Source: Hydrolagus colliei (Eukaryota). Taken from it: a DNA stretch of 64,000 nt. The translations under genes and the position numbers were made by a program. The first letter of the stretch is position 1, and every line of letters begins with the position of its first letter. The stretch lies in assembly GCA_035084275.1 (NCBI GenBank), contig CM068742.1:106392001-106456000 (forward strand), read 5' to 3'. The notes under the pieces are model-generated. The model did not search any database and was not told where the DNA came from. It saw nothing but the letters and a program-made list of their open reading frames with translations. Positions 12,570 to 24,927 of this stretch are shown piece by piece.

Positions 12570-14289
12570 GTTAAACCGAGTAGGTCCCTTCTGCTGTTAA
12601 ATTGGACATTAAAGTTCTCATGACACGTTCGAAGAGAAAGAATAAAAGTTTCTCCCTGTGTACTACCCACCAATCAGAGGGTGGTGGGGGGGAAAAAACT
12701 ATTTAAAAACACAGATGTTTTGTGTCTGTTGCTTTATATTTAGCATTTTTCAGACAGTCCACGCAGTAGCTGAGTGTCTGTTTGAAAAGACGTGATGGTG
12801 ATGGCAATCCTCACTCAGATTAATCACCTTTTCATTGGAAGCCAAATTCTTAACAAGTGCAGCCCCACCATGCTTTAGCTTTGAGTCACGGAGCGCAAGT
12901 CACTTCTAGCTATGGTTCCCACACTACTGGTTCTACGATCAACGTGACTCCTTTCATCAGACAAGCCACATTTATTCTTCCTTTCATGATTTTTAGACAA
13001 CGACCTTTCAAGACCTGTTTTTTCCGTGATAAATATAAGAAACTTAAAAAGAAACACCTGTTTGTCTTGTCTTGTCGATGGGAGTTGGCCAGTTCAGGCA
13101 TGGCTGACCCCTGGCAAGAGCCATTGCTGCAAAACCACATTTACCTGTCAAACAGAGAGAGAGTGAGAGGAGTGTTTGTGGTGGGGGAGAGAGAAAGAGA
13201 GAGAGATGCCTGAAGAAATATTTTTCATGTTAACGTTGGCAGCCCCTCTGACAAGTACTTCTTCATTTTTATTATGCTCATGTCTGGCAGAATGTGTGTC
13301 AGACAAATCTTGTCAGCAGCAAACCTGTCGTAGGATCAGAGGAGACAAAAACAGGTGTCACATCCATGGTCAAAACTCCAGAAGATTAGCAAAGGAGAAA
13401 CATCAGACAATTACATTAATGCTGCCGCTTTTATCTGGAGATGTTATTATCTGTAGGTGCTGACTGCTGCGCAATTGCCTGAAAGAACATAAGACAGGAG
13501 ACAAAGGAAACTTGATAGTTATTGAATACGAAAAAGACAGTGTGCGGAGATAGGTTTAGGCTGTTAAAATTTGTGAGTACAACTTGCAGAAGAGCACATC
13601 TAGCAGCATCATGCTCTTGGCTATGAGAATCAGCAGAAATCTGAAGTGTCATTTGGAATAAGATAACAGGAAACTGTGGTAAAAGTTTCGTTTTTAACGT
13701 GGTTTTAATTTATTCTATGTACACGATCTGTGCGAGATAGCTGGCTGTTATCGCATTGTAGTGAAGATAAATTGATTATCACACATTGGCAGACAGCTCC
13801 ATCACTTCCAATCACTGTATAGCCCTTGCCAAAAATTAGCTTAATTCCCCCATTTTTGTAATTGTTTTAATTGTGAACAGTCTATGCAACATCAAAGGGC
13901 ACAACAGGCTCCCTGGCAGTAATGGTTGATGGCACATTAATTTGGAGATACCCATTTCCAAAATAAATTGAGATCATTGATACATACATATTTCTATTTG
14001 TAGGACACCCTCAGTGAACCCAAAAAAAACCTATCCAGTAAATGAAAATCCAGCTCTGAAAGAATCTAAGTGACACGTTTGAATTCCTATTAAGGAAACC
14101 AACTCTTTAAATTAAGTTGGATTATCATCGTGCAGACATGCCTTCCATGGGTGGTTGATATAGTGAGATATCCAAAAGGGAATACTCACTTTTGCAGTCA
14201 ATTAATGATTATTTTTAAGGAAGATCATGTAAGGCTCACAATTTTCTTTTTTTTCTTTTGGTACCTGATCATTATGATCCTTGTGTGTC

Positions 14290-14603
14290 AGCATGATGTA
14301 GTGGTAGTCCTGTTTCATAAGGTTGTGGGTTCAGGGACTAGGAATCACATTATCTAAGTTGACACTCCAATGCAGTGGGAATATGTTGCATTGTCAAAGT
14401 GCCATCCTTCGGATGACATACTAAACTGAGGTCCTATCTGCCTGTTCAAGATGTTAAAGATCCCGTAGCACTATTCGACAAGAGAAGGGAGTTTCTCTCT
14501 CCCAGGGTCCTGGACAACAGTCCCCCAAATAAAATTGATCTCTCGCTTCATGGCTGTTTGTGGGACACTGTTGTGTGCGACTGACTGCCAGGTTTCACCC
14601 ACA
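14290..14603 (+). mobile_element. Older Deu-domain SINE (SacSINE1/AmnSINE1-like)
   Basis: ccttcggatgac..taaactgaggtcctatctgcc..aaagatccc..gcactattcga..ggctgtttgtgggacact core; family name assigned from memory. Confidence 0.7.
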
Positions 14604-14680
14604 AAGGGACCCTTCCTTATTGTCTCCATCTCTTTAAGAGCTACATTTCTTTCCATTAGAGAAGGCAGCAACCTCTAATA

Positions 14681-15402
14681 CAGGTATCCCCTACTTAATG
14701 AAGGGTTTAGGGATTTCAAAACCCCTCGTTAAGCGAAAATTGCGTTAAGCAGGCGGGAGGGAGGTCCCTACTGTGTTTCCATATATGAAAAAATCGTTCC
14801 CAGTAATGCCTTGCACCTAGCCTAGTGCTAACATTTGCAGCGTATCAGCGACGGCATAAGGTAGGTAGCACTGCTATTGAAGCAGGGAGAGAGAGTTAAA
14901 GAGAAACAGACTGAGACAGAGAGAGTGAGATTGTGACAGCCAGAGACTCAAACAGAGAGAGAGAAAGAGACACAGAGAGAGAGAAAGAGACGCAGAGAGA
15001 GTCAGAGAGAGAGAAAGAGAGAGAGTGCGACCGAGACAGACAGAGAGAGGGAAAGAGACACAGAGAGAGAGAGAGAGGGAGAGACACAGTGGGAGACTGA
15101 GACAGACAGAGAGAGAGACTGAGAAAGAGACAGAGAGAAGGAGAGGCAGACAGACAGAACATCCTACCGCTCAAGCTCCTCCCATACTGCAGCGCTTCTC
15201 TTGGATGAGGTGGCTGCTGATGTAAGTGTGTGTATGTATGTAGCTTGCGTCGCGGAGGCTGCCGGGAGACAAGAAGCGCACAAGATTTAAACTTTCGTTA
15301 TAGCGAGCGCAGCCTTCGCTAAGCACACAGTGGGGTACAAATAGAAACCCTCGTTCGAATGAAGTTTCGTTAACAGGGCGTTCGGTAAGCGGGGGCTACT
15401 TG
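14681..15402. mobile_element. Non-autonomous Tc1/mariner (Tigger-like) DNA transposon with internal GA microsatellite
   Basis: TA|CAGGTATCCCCTACTTAATGAA ... TTCGGTAAGCGGGGGCTACTTG|TA: imperfect TIRs and TA TSD. Confidence 0.75.
14886..15160 (+). repeat. (GA)n/(GACA)n-rich microsatellite
   Basis: Directly visible. Confidence 0.9.
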
Positions 15403-16077
15403 TATTGTAGTCACGTTACTGGGAAGCATTTCCACTCTTTCAACCGTGTACTTATAACCCTTTTTACGCTGGGTCAGCCCCATGACTGTGGGTGTACAGT
15501 TCACACTCCCCAAAGGAAGTTTCTTTACTTTTCATTGAGTGAATCTGTAACCTAATATTGTGGCCCCTGCAGAGTAGTTTAAACATATGTGATACAATAT
15601 TGCCTCGGTTTCTGCATAAACAGTGGTATCAAATTCAAATAAACACTTCATTTGTGGATACAATAAAAGTCAGAAGAGTAAAGACATTCAAGTAGATTGT
15701 AGTAATTTTATCCAGTGCAAAAGCTCATTTGGTTCAATCCTACTCTTTTACCAAAATTATATATCAGGACAAACCTATATCCAGGCACTGACACACAAAA
15801 GTACAAAACTTACACAGTGATGCATCTTGCCACTGAATAAGATACAAAGTTTTTTTTTAACAATTTCTCTTAATTGTTGCCCTGGCTCAATCGGTGATAC
15901 TGCAAGCTCTGAGTTATAATGTTACGGGTTCAAGCTCCAAGTTGGGACTTTGAGCTCATTGTCTGGTCTGACATTGCAATGCCGTAATGGGGATGTAGTA
16001 TCATACAGCACACTCGGCCTCCTTTAGTGTACTATATTACTGAAGGTTGCCGTCCTTTGGATGAGTTAAACCAAATA

Positions 16078-16282
16078 CACTAAAAGCCCGTTTATCCGGC
16101 AACCAATCAACCGTAACTTCCGTATAACCGGCATCGCAAAAGAAAAGGTCCGCATTCGATTAACTGGAAATTATCTGGAAAAATGCTTCTTTTTTTTTGC
16201 GTTTTCGGCCGAATATCCGGCATGCGCTTTATTAACCAATGTCGGCCAGGTCCCAAGGGCACCGGAAAATGGGCTTTTACTA
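16078..16282 (-). mobile_element. Approximately 205-bp Tigger/pogo MITE (ends only) inserted in a Deu-type SINE (about 15880-16480)
   Basis: TA|CACTAAAAGCCCGTTTATCCGG ... CCGGAAAATGGGCTTTTACTA|TA; same ends as 31790-32536 and 38849-39561 but in the opposite orientation. Confidence 0.8.
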
Positions 16283-17311
16283 TATTGAAGTGCATGTGAA
16301 AGATCCCGGGTGGTATTGTATTCAATAAGAGAAGGGCATTAATGTTGCTGTCCTGATCAATAATTAGGACCCCACCCCACCCCCCCACCCCCACTCCCCT
16401 TCACTTCACGGTTGTTTGTCAGACATGTGCTATGTCCAAAAACATACAGTCACTACACTTGACAGTAAAACCCGTTTAGTATTATGATGACGTAATGAGG
16501 TACAGTATCAAATTCAAGCTTTCATATTGTTATTGCAGCAATTTTCAGGCATCAGCTGAGTTCGGGATAGCCTAACTCCAGACCTTCTCCATCTGTTGTA
16601 CATAAATGGACTGTGCTGTATCATTTTATTCCAGCATTACAGTCTGATCCAGGACAGTTCTATGTTAATTCTCCTTCAGCATTATTTTATTCAATTGTGT
16701 TACATACTTTTTTATGCTGATTTAAATGTAGTATTTGCCTGGTTTCTTGAAACGTTTGGATGCCACATGCCACCCTCTAAAATTATTTTCTAAAGTTTGT
16801 ACTCTTAAAATCAATTTCATTGGCCACTGTTTCAGCCAAGCAAGGGTTTAGCTGTTCAAAGTTAACCTAGTGGAATTACTGAGGTTACCGGACAATCCTT
16901 TTGACACAGATTAAACTTCATGGTTGGGTCCAAAAAGACAGATGCTGGTTGGACATGAATCAGTTTTTGAAGCATCTTTTTTTCCTGTCTGCCATTGAGT
17001 TATCTCGTTGGTGCAATTATCAGAATTCTTTAGCCTATTAGTACTACAACGCACACTCTGGAGGTATAGGATATACATGTAACTCTTATCACTTGTAGTA
17101 TCTCAAAGTGCTTTACAAGATTCACTGTGAAGTGTAGTGACCGTATGTATAGCAAATGAAACGTTTAATTTGCACACAGCAATATCCCATAAAACACCCA
17201 GGAGGTAAATGACAATTTTGTTTATCCTGAGAAATTTCCTAGTGATCAAGAATGTAAAAATGGCTATCGAAATTATAATGGTGTGAGAAGTGAATACTTA
17301 TTGTCCCTCCC

Positions 17312-17420
17312 AATAATAATCCTCACATTTGATACCGTGTCTTATCACATCATTGAGACATCTCAAAACACATCACAGAATATATCGTAAAGTGGATTGA
17401 CGGTGTATTTTGTGGGAGAA
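17312..17420 (-). mobile_element. SINE 3' fragment, antisense, about 100 nt upstream of the second exon
   Basis: aataataatcctcacatttgatac...gagacatctcaaaac...attttgtggg. Confidence 0.75.
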
Positions 17421-17523
17421 CCATACTTATTTGGACAAAAGACACCGAAGACAAATCAATGCATAAGTATTTTTTAGGTTTATATATAAAAAAATAAGTA
17501 GGATTTTCTGTTCTTTTCCTCAG

Positions 17524-17759
17524 CCTTGGACAAACTCAGCACTCAGCACCTGTACCACCCGACCCAGGTGGAGATAGTCCAGTCCAATGTGGTTTTTGAC
17601 ATCAGCAGCCTGATGTTGTATGGGACTCAAGCTGTCCCTGTGCGTCTCAAGATCCTACTTGACCGGCTCTTCAGCGTGCTCAAACAGGAGGAGGTGCTGC
17701 AGATCCTACACGGCCTGGGCTGGACTCTCCGTGACTACGTCCGTGGCTACATTCTTCAG
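17524..17759 (+). CDS. BNC2: Basonuclin-2 internal coding exon (conserved basonuclin N-terminal domain; equivalent to human exon 5)
   Basis: Acceptor ttcttttcctcag|CC, donor CAG|gtagga. Joined to the previous exon (G|CC=Ala) it reads [79 protein letters not shown]. 236 nt; matches ORF 17526..17828. Confidence 0.97.
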
Positions 17760-20548
17760 GTAGGAACGTGCAAAACAAAAACACACACACTGCAAACTAA
17801 CTCCAGCTTCAATTTGGTAGTACTCTAATTGACTCAGACAGTCAATCTGATGGTTGGATTTTGTTGAGGTGTGTGAATAAGCTAGCGCTGCAAGCACCAG
17901 AAAACTTCCATCACAGACAGGACATCAAGTGTTGTCACGGGTGTCAGCTTGTCCAGCCTTCAAGTTTTGAAAAAGTGTTTTTTACACTTGCACTAGGTAT
18001 CTGGCATGTTGCACTTTTGCAGCATAACCAGGCAATATAACCTGCTCTGATGTCTTACTTGTGAACCGTGAATCACAGTCTGGGAAAAAACTCATTTATC
18101 TCATGAGAGAAAAAAATAAAAACTACACACCAGCAGGGATGAAGAAGTGTTAACAGATTGCAGTCAATTTCAAAACTTCATAGTATTGCATTGTGTTTCT
18201 TTCACTTTATGGAGGACCAGTAAACTATCTATCATCCACTGTAAATGAACATATTTCATTTAAAAACTAAGAATGAAAGCAAGTCACTTTTTGGGGGGAA
18301 ACAAAATCTCATTCGTAACACTGCTAACTGTTTTCAAGAGGATTAGATTCCTTCTGTTAGAGGATTGAGATGACACACGCCCAGAGTGATTGCAAACTGT
18401 GCTGATGTGCTTCGCTCTTGCCGTGTGCTGTGCACTCATTTCCTGATGATTCTTTTAATCGGATGTTCCCTGGTTAGGGTGAGTTTGCTTTGGATGTGAT
18501 TGGGTTTCCCCCAAAAGAAAAGAGCACAGCCACCAGCCCAGATGTGCTCTTTCTGACCGAGTTCAGCCGCTGTAAGCTTTACATTTCATGTGCTCTGGCA
18601 GCTGTGAAACTATCCATTACTGACAGTTTCAGCTCCACTAGCATTCTGCATTTTTTCCCCCCTCTATGCATGAATGCGTTTCCTGGGATTAATAGCGAAT
18701 CCCTTGGCGGGATAATTTCCCCCTCTTTTTTATCTGTTGAACATTGCACTGAGGCAAACAATCTGGTGAGTCATATCATTGACACAAACCAGTCATTAGT
18801 CAAGAATATAGCTTCAGGGTGTATAAGTGTCATCAAGCAGAAAGTTCCCAATCTGTAAATGAATGGAACCAAAACATGTTCATGATGATGGGAGAAACTT
18901 GACCTGGCTGGACAGTCTTTGGAATCAAATTGGCCCGAGAGAGTTTTAAAGATAATTCCCTTCTACACAAATGCACATCATAAATTCCCTAGTCATCTAG
19001 TGCATTTCCAGGGCAAAAGTGGTTCTGTTTCTTCTATATTGTTGTCCTACGCAAACCTTGTCCCCAGATTGGAGGAAGTTTGTAGGCAGAAGGCCAAAGT
19101 TGCTAAATAGAGCTTTGAAGTAGCTGCTTCTGAATGAAGTGGCAGAGAAACAAACAAAGCTGGTATAAAGTTTGCTGCTCTCTGTAGCTCCGGTGTTTGT
19201 ATCTGCTTGAGTTTATGTGGGAGGAAAAGGCTTTAAAAGGGGGTCAGAAAGAGTTCTAATAAAGTGGAAAAGTATCGGAAGGTGTATGTTAAATGCATCA
19301 TTTTGCTCTGCCACAGCAGTCAGCCTCGGATTGTGCATCAGAGCAGCTGCTGGGAAGTCAGGAGAATTGCAGACCACAAGTGCAAATCAATACATTAGAT
19401 TTTATTTTAATTTTGTTTCAAAATAACCATATCCTTAATCTAATAGCAATAATAGACCCAGAAGTGTGTGTTTGCTTCAATTTAAGCAGCTCCGGGTCTT
19501 TGTTTTGTGCACTTTTCTTCTCACAGACCCTGAAGCACATGATAAACGCACATCTTCTTGTTCATTACTGCCTCATTTTTGCACAGTTCTAAGGCTTCTC
19601 ACTACAGACCATCACCACTCTATTGATAAAGAGACGTGGAAAGCTTTGCAAGTTGATATCCCAGTCTGTACCTTTGCCAGTTGCAGTGATTGGAGATTGG
19701 AGCCCTAAGGTGTGATAAACCATATAATGACACCATTAGGCACAGGTTCTGACTGAGGCTGACAGTAAGTGGGTCTCCACATATACTTTCAGGGCAATAT
19801 TGAAGTCTTGTTGCTTTCAGCTACACATACGCTCAAGTGAAAGCAGCCATTAGTGTGAATAAAAAAGATCCGGAAATACTTTCCTCAGAATATATCTTTG
19901 TCGCCGGAGGCCTGAAAATTCTCATGCTTTTCAATCGAAAGATTATCATTGCCGTAAAATTTAAAAGTGCAGAATTTTGAAAAATTATTCAATTCAGCCT
20001 TAATTTGAAAGCTGGTTTTCTGCAGATCCTAGGGGACTGAGTGACTTATGGACAGAGATATAAAACAGAGTTGCAAGAACAAAAAAGAGAGTTTAGGAGA
20101 ATTGTTTCTTCTCGAGGCGAGTAAGTGGTAACATGGTAGAGCCATCGTCCATTGTGGTTTCCAAGAAGGAAGTAGACAGGTGTGTTTGAAGGTTAGAGAC
20201 TTGAATGGGATGGGGTGGCGCAGTGGAATTGAATGAACAGCTTATTCTGAGATTTGGTGTAGATTCAATAGCTCCATCTGCGCTGTAAATTTTCATGATT
20301 CTGTCATTCTAATTGTGGAAAACCACCATCCAAGTTATTCCTCCTGACGTGAAAGGCACAGTACAAATGTAATTTTGTTGTTGTTATGTCACTCCACATG
20401 CCTCTGTTTATCTAGCAATATGTAGGAACCCAGTTATTAGTTGATTTCCGGGGCTAATAATCTCTTAAAAGTTCAATGGCTACCTTAAAAATTCAGTCAC
20501 TCCGTGACTGTTGTGGGACTTTGCTGTGCACAATTGGCTGCCAGGATT

Positions 20549-21589
20549 GAAGAAAACAGAGAGTAGGGATAAATGGGTCCTTCTCAGATTGGCAATATGT
20601 GACTAGTGGATTAGTGCTTGGACCTCAACTATTTACAATCTATATCAACGTTCTAGATGAGGATATTGAACTTAAATTATCCAAATTCCCAGATGACACT
20701 AAACTAGGAGGGAGAGTAAACACAGAGGATAACATTTAAAAAATGCACCGCAATATAGATAGACTAGGTGAATGGGTAAGTAGTAAGTAGATGAAGTGTA
20801 ATGTAGGGAAGTGTGAAGTCATCCACCTAAGTAGTAAAATCAATAGAGCAGATTATTTTTTAGAAGGGGAGAGACTAAATAATGTTAGCGTTTAGAGAGA
20901 CTTGGGTGTCCTTGTACACCAGTCACAAAAAGTTAGTTTGCGGGTACACCAAGCAACTAGGAAGGCTAACGGTATGTTGGCGTTCATTATAAAAGGGTTA
21001 GAATATAAGAGTAGGGAAATCTTGCTGCAACGTATAGGGCCCTGCTGAGACGACAACTGGAGTATTGTGTGCAGTGTTGGTCTCCTTATTTAAGAAAGGA
21101 CATACTCGCCTTGGAGGGGGTACAGCGTAGATTCACTAGGTTGGTACCTGGGAGAGGGGGATGAGCTATGAGGATAGATTGAACAATCTAGGCCTATATT
21201 CTCTAGAATATAGAAGAAACCGGTAAGATTATTAAGGGGCATGACAGAGTAGATAGTGGGAGATTGTTTCCCCTGGTTGGAGAAATTATAACCAGGGGTC
21301 ACAGTCTTAAAAGTAGGGGTCAGCTCTTTCGCACTGAGTTGAGGAAAAACTTCTTCACTCAGAGGGTAGTGAATTTATGGAATTCTCTACCCCAAAGGGC
21401 TGCAGATGCTCAGCCCTTCAACATATTCAAGACTGAGATTGATAGATTTCTTGTGGATAAAGGGATTAAGGGATATGGGGATAAGGCGGGTAGATGGAGT
21501 TAGATTAGAAGATCAGCCATGATCTTATTGAATGGTGGGGCAGGCTCGAGGGGCTGAATAGCCTACTCCTAATTCTTATGTTCTTACAT
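20549..21589 (+). mobile_element. 5'-truncated CR1 LINE (RT C-terminus and 3' UTR) inserted in a SINE
   Basis: Degenerate RT motifs (ccagatgacactaaactagg, about ADDTKLG), ORF 21264..21503 TRGHSLK..RKNFFTQRVVNLWNSLP, ttcttatgttctta tail. AGGATT repeated at 20543-20548 and 21590-21595. Confidence 0.92.
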
Positions 21590-24129
21590 AGGATTTGCCC
21601 ATGAAATACACTGGTCAATTCACTTAACAATATATTATGTGATGCATTTTGTGACATGTAAATAACGTGATAAGGCACTATATCAAACATTAGGATTATT
21701 ATTAATGTAGCGACATCGTTATATTTGCTACCTGTGATCGGGACTTTTCAGTTTACTTCGAATCAGGACACTGCAGTTAGGTGAAGTCAACATCTGCGCA
21801 GCTGGTTTCATTCTGGAGTTTGTTTCATTTGAAACTATGTCCTGAAGTGAATTTTCCACATTCAAGTTTTACCTTTTCATCCATTTCTGAGAACATGTTG
21901 ATAATTGCTGTTGGTGTCTTGCAGTTAGTTACCACACACAGTTTATGTTGGCTCCGTGTACACACAATGGGGCCTTAAAGTGAGAAATTCTAAACCACAT
22001 TTTGTTATATTTAATCGTATTTCAAAACTTGAGGCCAACAAATCCCAATTCCTAAACTGGGAGAATTCAGGGAAGCTGGTGAATGAAACACTGAAGGGAA
22101 ATGGAAGGCCATAAATTGTGCCACAAATTTCACTGTAGGCTCCATTGACTGTGCCCTAGGGGATCTTTGGATTTGTGTAGGTGCCCATTGAATATTCATG
22201 TGAGTGGTTCCCTAAAGGCTCTGTGGCTAATTGCATGTGCCATGTTACTTACAACAGTGTCATCAGACAAGGGAGAGAACAATTCAGCCAGGGTTTCTGC
22301 TGATTGCTTTCCAGTGAGTCCCTCATCAAAAGGACAGAGGGCGGATATCTCAGGAGGAATGGGATAGGGCTCGGATGCAAAATACCCCTCTGTTAGTCAA
22401 CGGATTGCTAAAGCCCACGAACCAAGCAGACAAGTGAAGAACTGTCACTTGAGGCTGGCGCTGAAGTGGTGCAGGTACATGCGTAAGAAATCCCAACATC
22501 AATCCGCTTCTTCTGATCTAGGCATGATTAGTGTTTAATCCTTATTCCTTCCCTTTCACCCCACCCCCGGCCCACTCTCCACCGCACCCCCACCCCTAAT
22601 CAACAGTGAGGTATCCTCAATCTTTGCAATCACCAGTGAGGTTTCTGAGGGTGAATGTAAAGTGTTGCCAGAGCTCTTTGAGTCAGTTTAACAACCTCCT
22701 TCATCTTATTCTTTTTCTTGGCAGCAGCAAAACGGAATCCATTCTGGTCTGACTGTCATCCCACAGCTGCGATGGTTTTCATACTGAGCAAGTTAATAGG
22801 AAATGAAGGGCCTAATCCAGTCTTCAAATATTAGTTACCAGTTAATTGGGTAAATACATGAAGATGTATTGATTTCCCCAATTAAGAGTTCTGCAGGCAG
22901 ACTGAATGCATTTTACAGGATTGCATGATTTCAGCAAATAATACTAATAATATAAAACAAACCACACTGGCCTCACATTCATCAACAATGTGGGGTGTGG
23001 ATGGGTAGGAGAAATGGATCTGATCCTGGGTAGGATATCATTTCCCCTTTTCTATTGGTGTTCCGCTCGTTTCTATCAAAATAATGCAGAAATGGCATGA
23101 GCCATTTTCATTAAAAGATTTTCTCCTTGTAAAAGCACAAAACAGAACCAAACACACGGTATTTATTGATAATACTTCAGATCATTTACCCACACAAAAA
23201 TCCAACTTTGTGGTTCTGGGACCCTACCCTATGTGAGAGGCGCTACATAAATGCAAGTTGTTGTTGTTTGTAAACTGTTTAGTGGCTGAGAAGCAGCTTT
23301 CAAATACAAATACAAAAGTGACACGGGTTAAGTACTGTTTGTGGGACGCATCTGTGATCAATTGGTTGCAATATTTCTCCTAGAAAATATACAGTCATTT
23401 CACTTTACCGTACATCAACAACAACAAAATTACATTTATAGAGCTCCTTTCACATCAGGAGGACGCCACGTACATTGTGTGAAGCTCATTGAGATGTCTC
23501 AAATCCTGTTGAACACTAAACACTAAGCAATAGAACATCACTCTGATTCTGCACTCAAGCACTCTCAAGTCAGATAAAGCACAGCCAGATACAAAAAGAT
23601 TTCTCCACTCTGGTCCCAACAAGTTGCCTTTGTTACAATGTAAAAATAGCATCCTCTGCTGACCAGAGTTATACTTTCCACATTGGTCATCATGTAGCCT
23701 CTGGGTCAGATCACCAATTATGGTCAAGCGGGGGCGAGCTATAGGCTCATGTCCACTGAGAACTGAATTCAGACTTGCCAAATTAACCTTACACAGGTCC
23801 CTTAAAGCCAACAAGTAGAAGAGACATTCATCCAATTGGTCAAGCCTAACTCTCAGTGGTGAGAGTTCAAAGTGCAATTGATTGCTGTGCTTTTCCACCC
23901 AGCACAGAGAGTAATCCAGCCCCAGAATCATAACCGTATCACAGTTATTCTTTTGTTATAATTAAGTCTGTCTGTTGTATTTCCTGGTATTGATTCATCA
24001 AACCTACAGATTCATCAATTTCTTCAGATTGCACACAGCCAGTGCACAATCACTTCTCTCACATTGCAGTGTGGGAATCACCAAACTTTGATTTCCTCTG
24101 TGTCCTTCGATGGTGCAGTGAAAATCTAG

Positions 24130-24600
24130 ATTTTTTTCAACTCTTCAAAGACAAAGTTTTCTCACGACTCCTGTAACTCCAGCAACTTATCTTTGATGGT
24201 TCCACTCTTCATCTATTGACATTCCTGGCTTGACTATATCCTCTGATCTTAGATGGAATTCTCACATTGCCACCATTACTAAAGTTGCCCGAAGGAAGCT
24301 TGGTTTCCTCTTTCATGGCAAATACTTCCTTCTCCACTTGACAACCCTTGATTCTCTATAAAGCCCATCTATAACTTGAATACATTTTCTGTATCTGGGG
24401 AGGTTCTTGTCCTTGCGGACAGGATACGAGAAAAGACATCTTGTCTGAGAGGTAATTTGTCTTTTCACATCTGGCCTCCTTTTATCTTCCTCTCTCTTTT
24501 GCCCTTTTTTAAAATCTATTTTATCAATTCTACTTTGGTCAAAGTTCCTCTGAACTCCAAACATGCTCTAAATAACCTCACCATTGCTTCAGCCCATTGA
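24130..24600 (+). mobile_element. Highly decayed LINE relic (CR1/Zenon-like ORF2 C-terminus)
   Basis: From 24245 reads DLRWNSHIATITKVARRKLGFLFHGKY, followed by frameshifted LYKA..LEY..DRI motifs. Confidence 0.55.
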
Positions 24601-24927
24601 AGGGCATTAAATAAATACAATTTATTGTGTAAATATAAGTTTTCTTTCTCCTCCTTCAATCCTTACCTCATTCCTCAACATTGAAACTCTCACTCATCTC
24701 TTCATTACAATCTACAAGCTTTTAAAATGCAAGCTTGGTGTTAGCTGTCTAAATCTAATTTAATTAATCCTCACAGAATTATTTACGACTTTGGTGGCAT
24801 CTTGCAACTTGTGGGGTTCCTCGATTTAAAAAAAAATCTCAACTAGAAGCAATTCATCCCAGTCATTAACCCCTGATGAGAGACAGAATCTCATATGTTG
24901 TTCTTAAATTTGGGGGGCTGGTCGGAT

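Larger units (their letters stand above)
11334..17523 (+). other. BNC2: BNC2 intron between the two exons (6190 nt, GT-AG, phase 1)
   Basis: gtaagt at 11334 and cag ending at 17523; splicing preserves the reading frame. Confidence 0.93.

Noticed and set aside
13176-13463. ORF containing MPEEIFFMLTL... after a GA repeat, as a possible alternative first exon
   Set aside because: No recognisable homology and no convincing donor site; more plausibly non-coding.
14896-15225. Ser/Leu-rich and Arg/Glu-rich ORFs
   Set aside because: Translations of the GA microsatellite.
17760-17828. Extension of ORF 17526..17828 (VGTCKTKTH...)
   Set aside because: Read-through into the intron after the GT donor.
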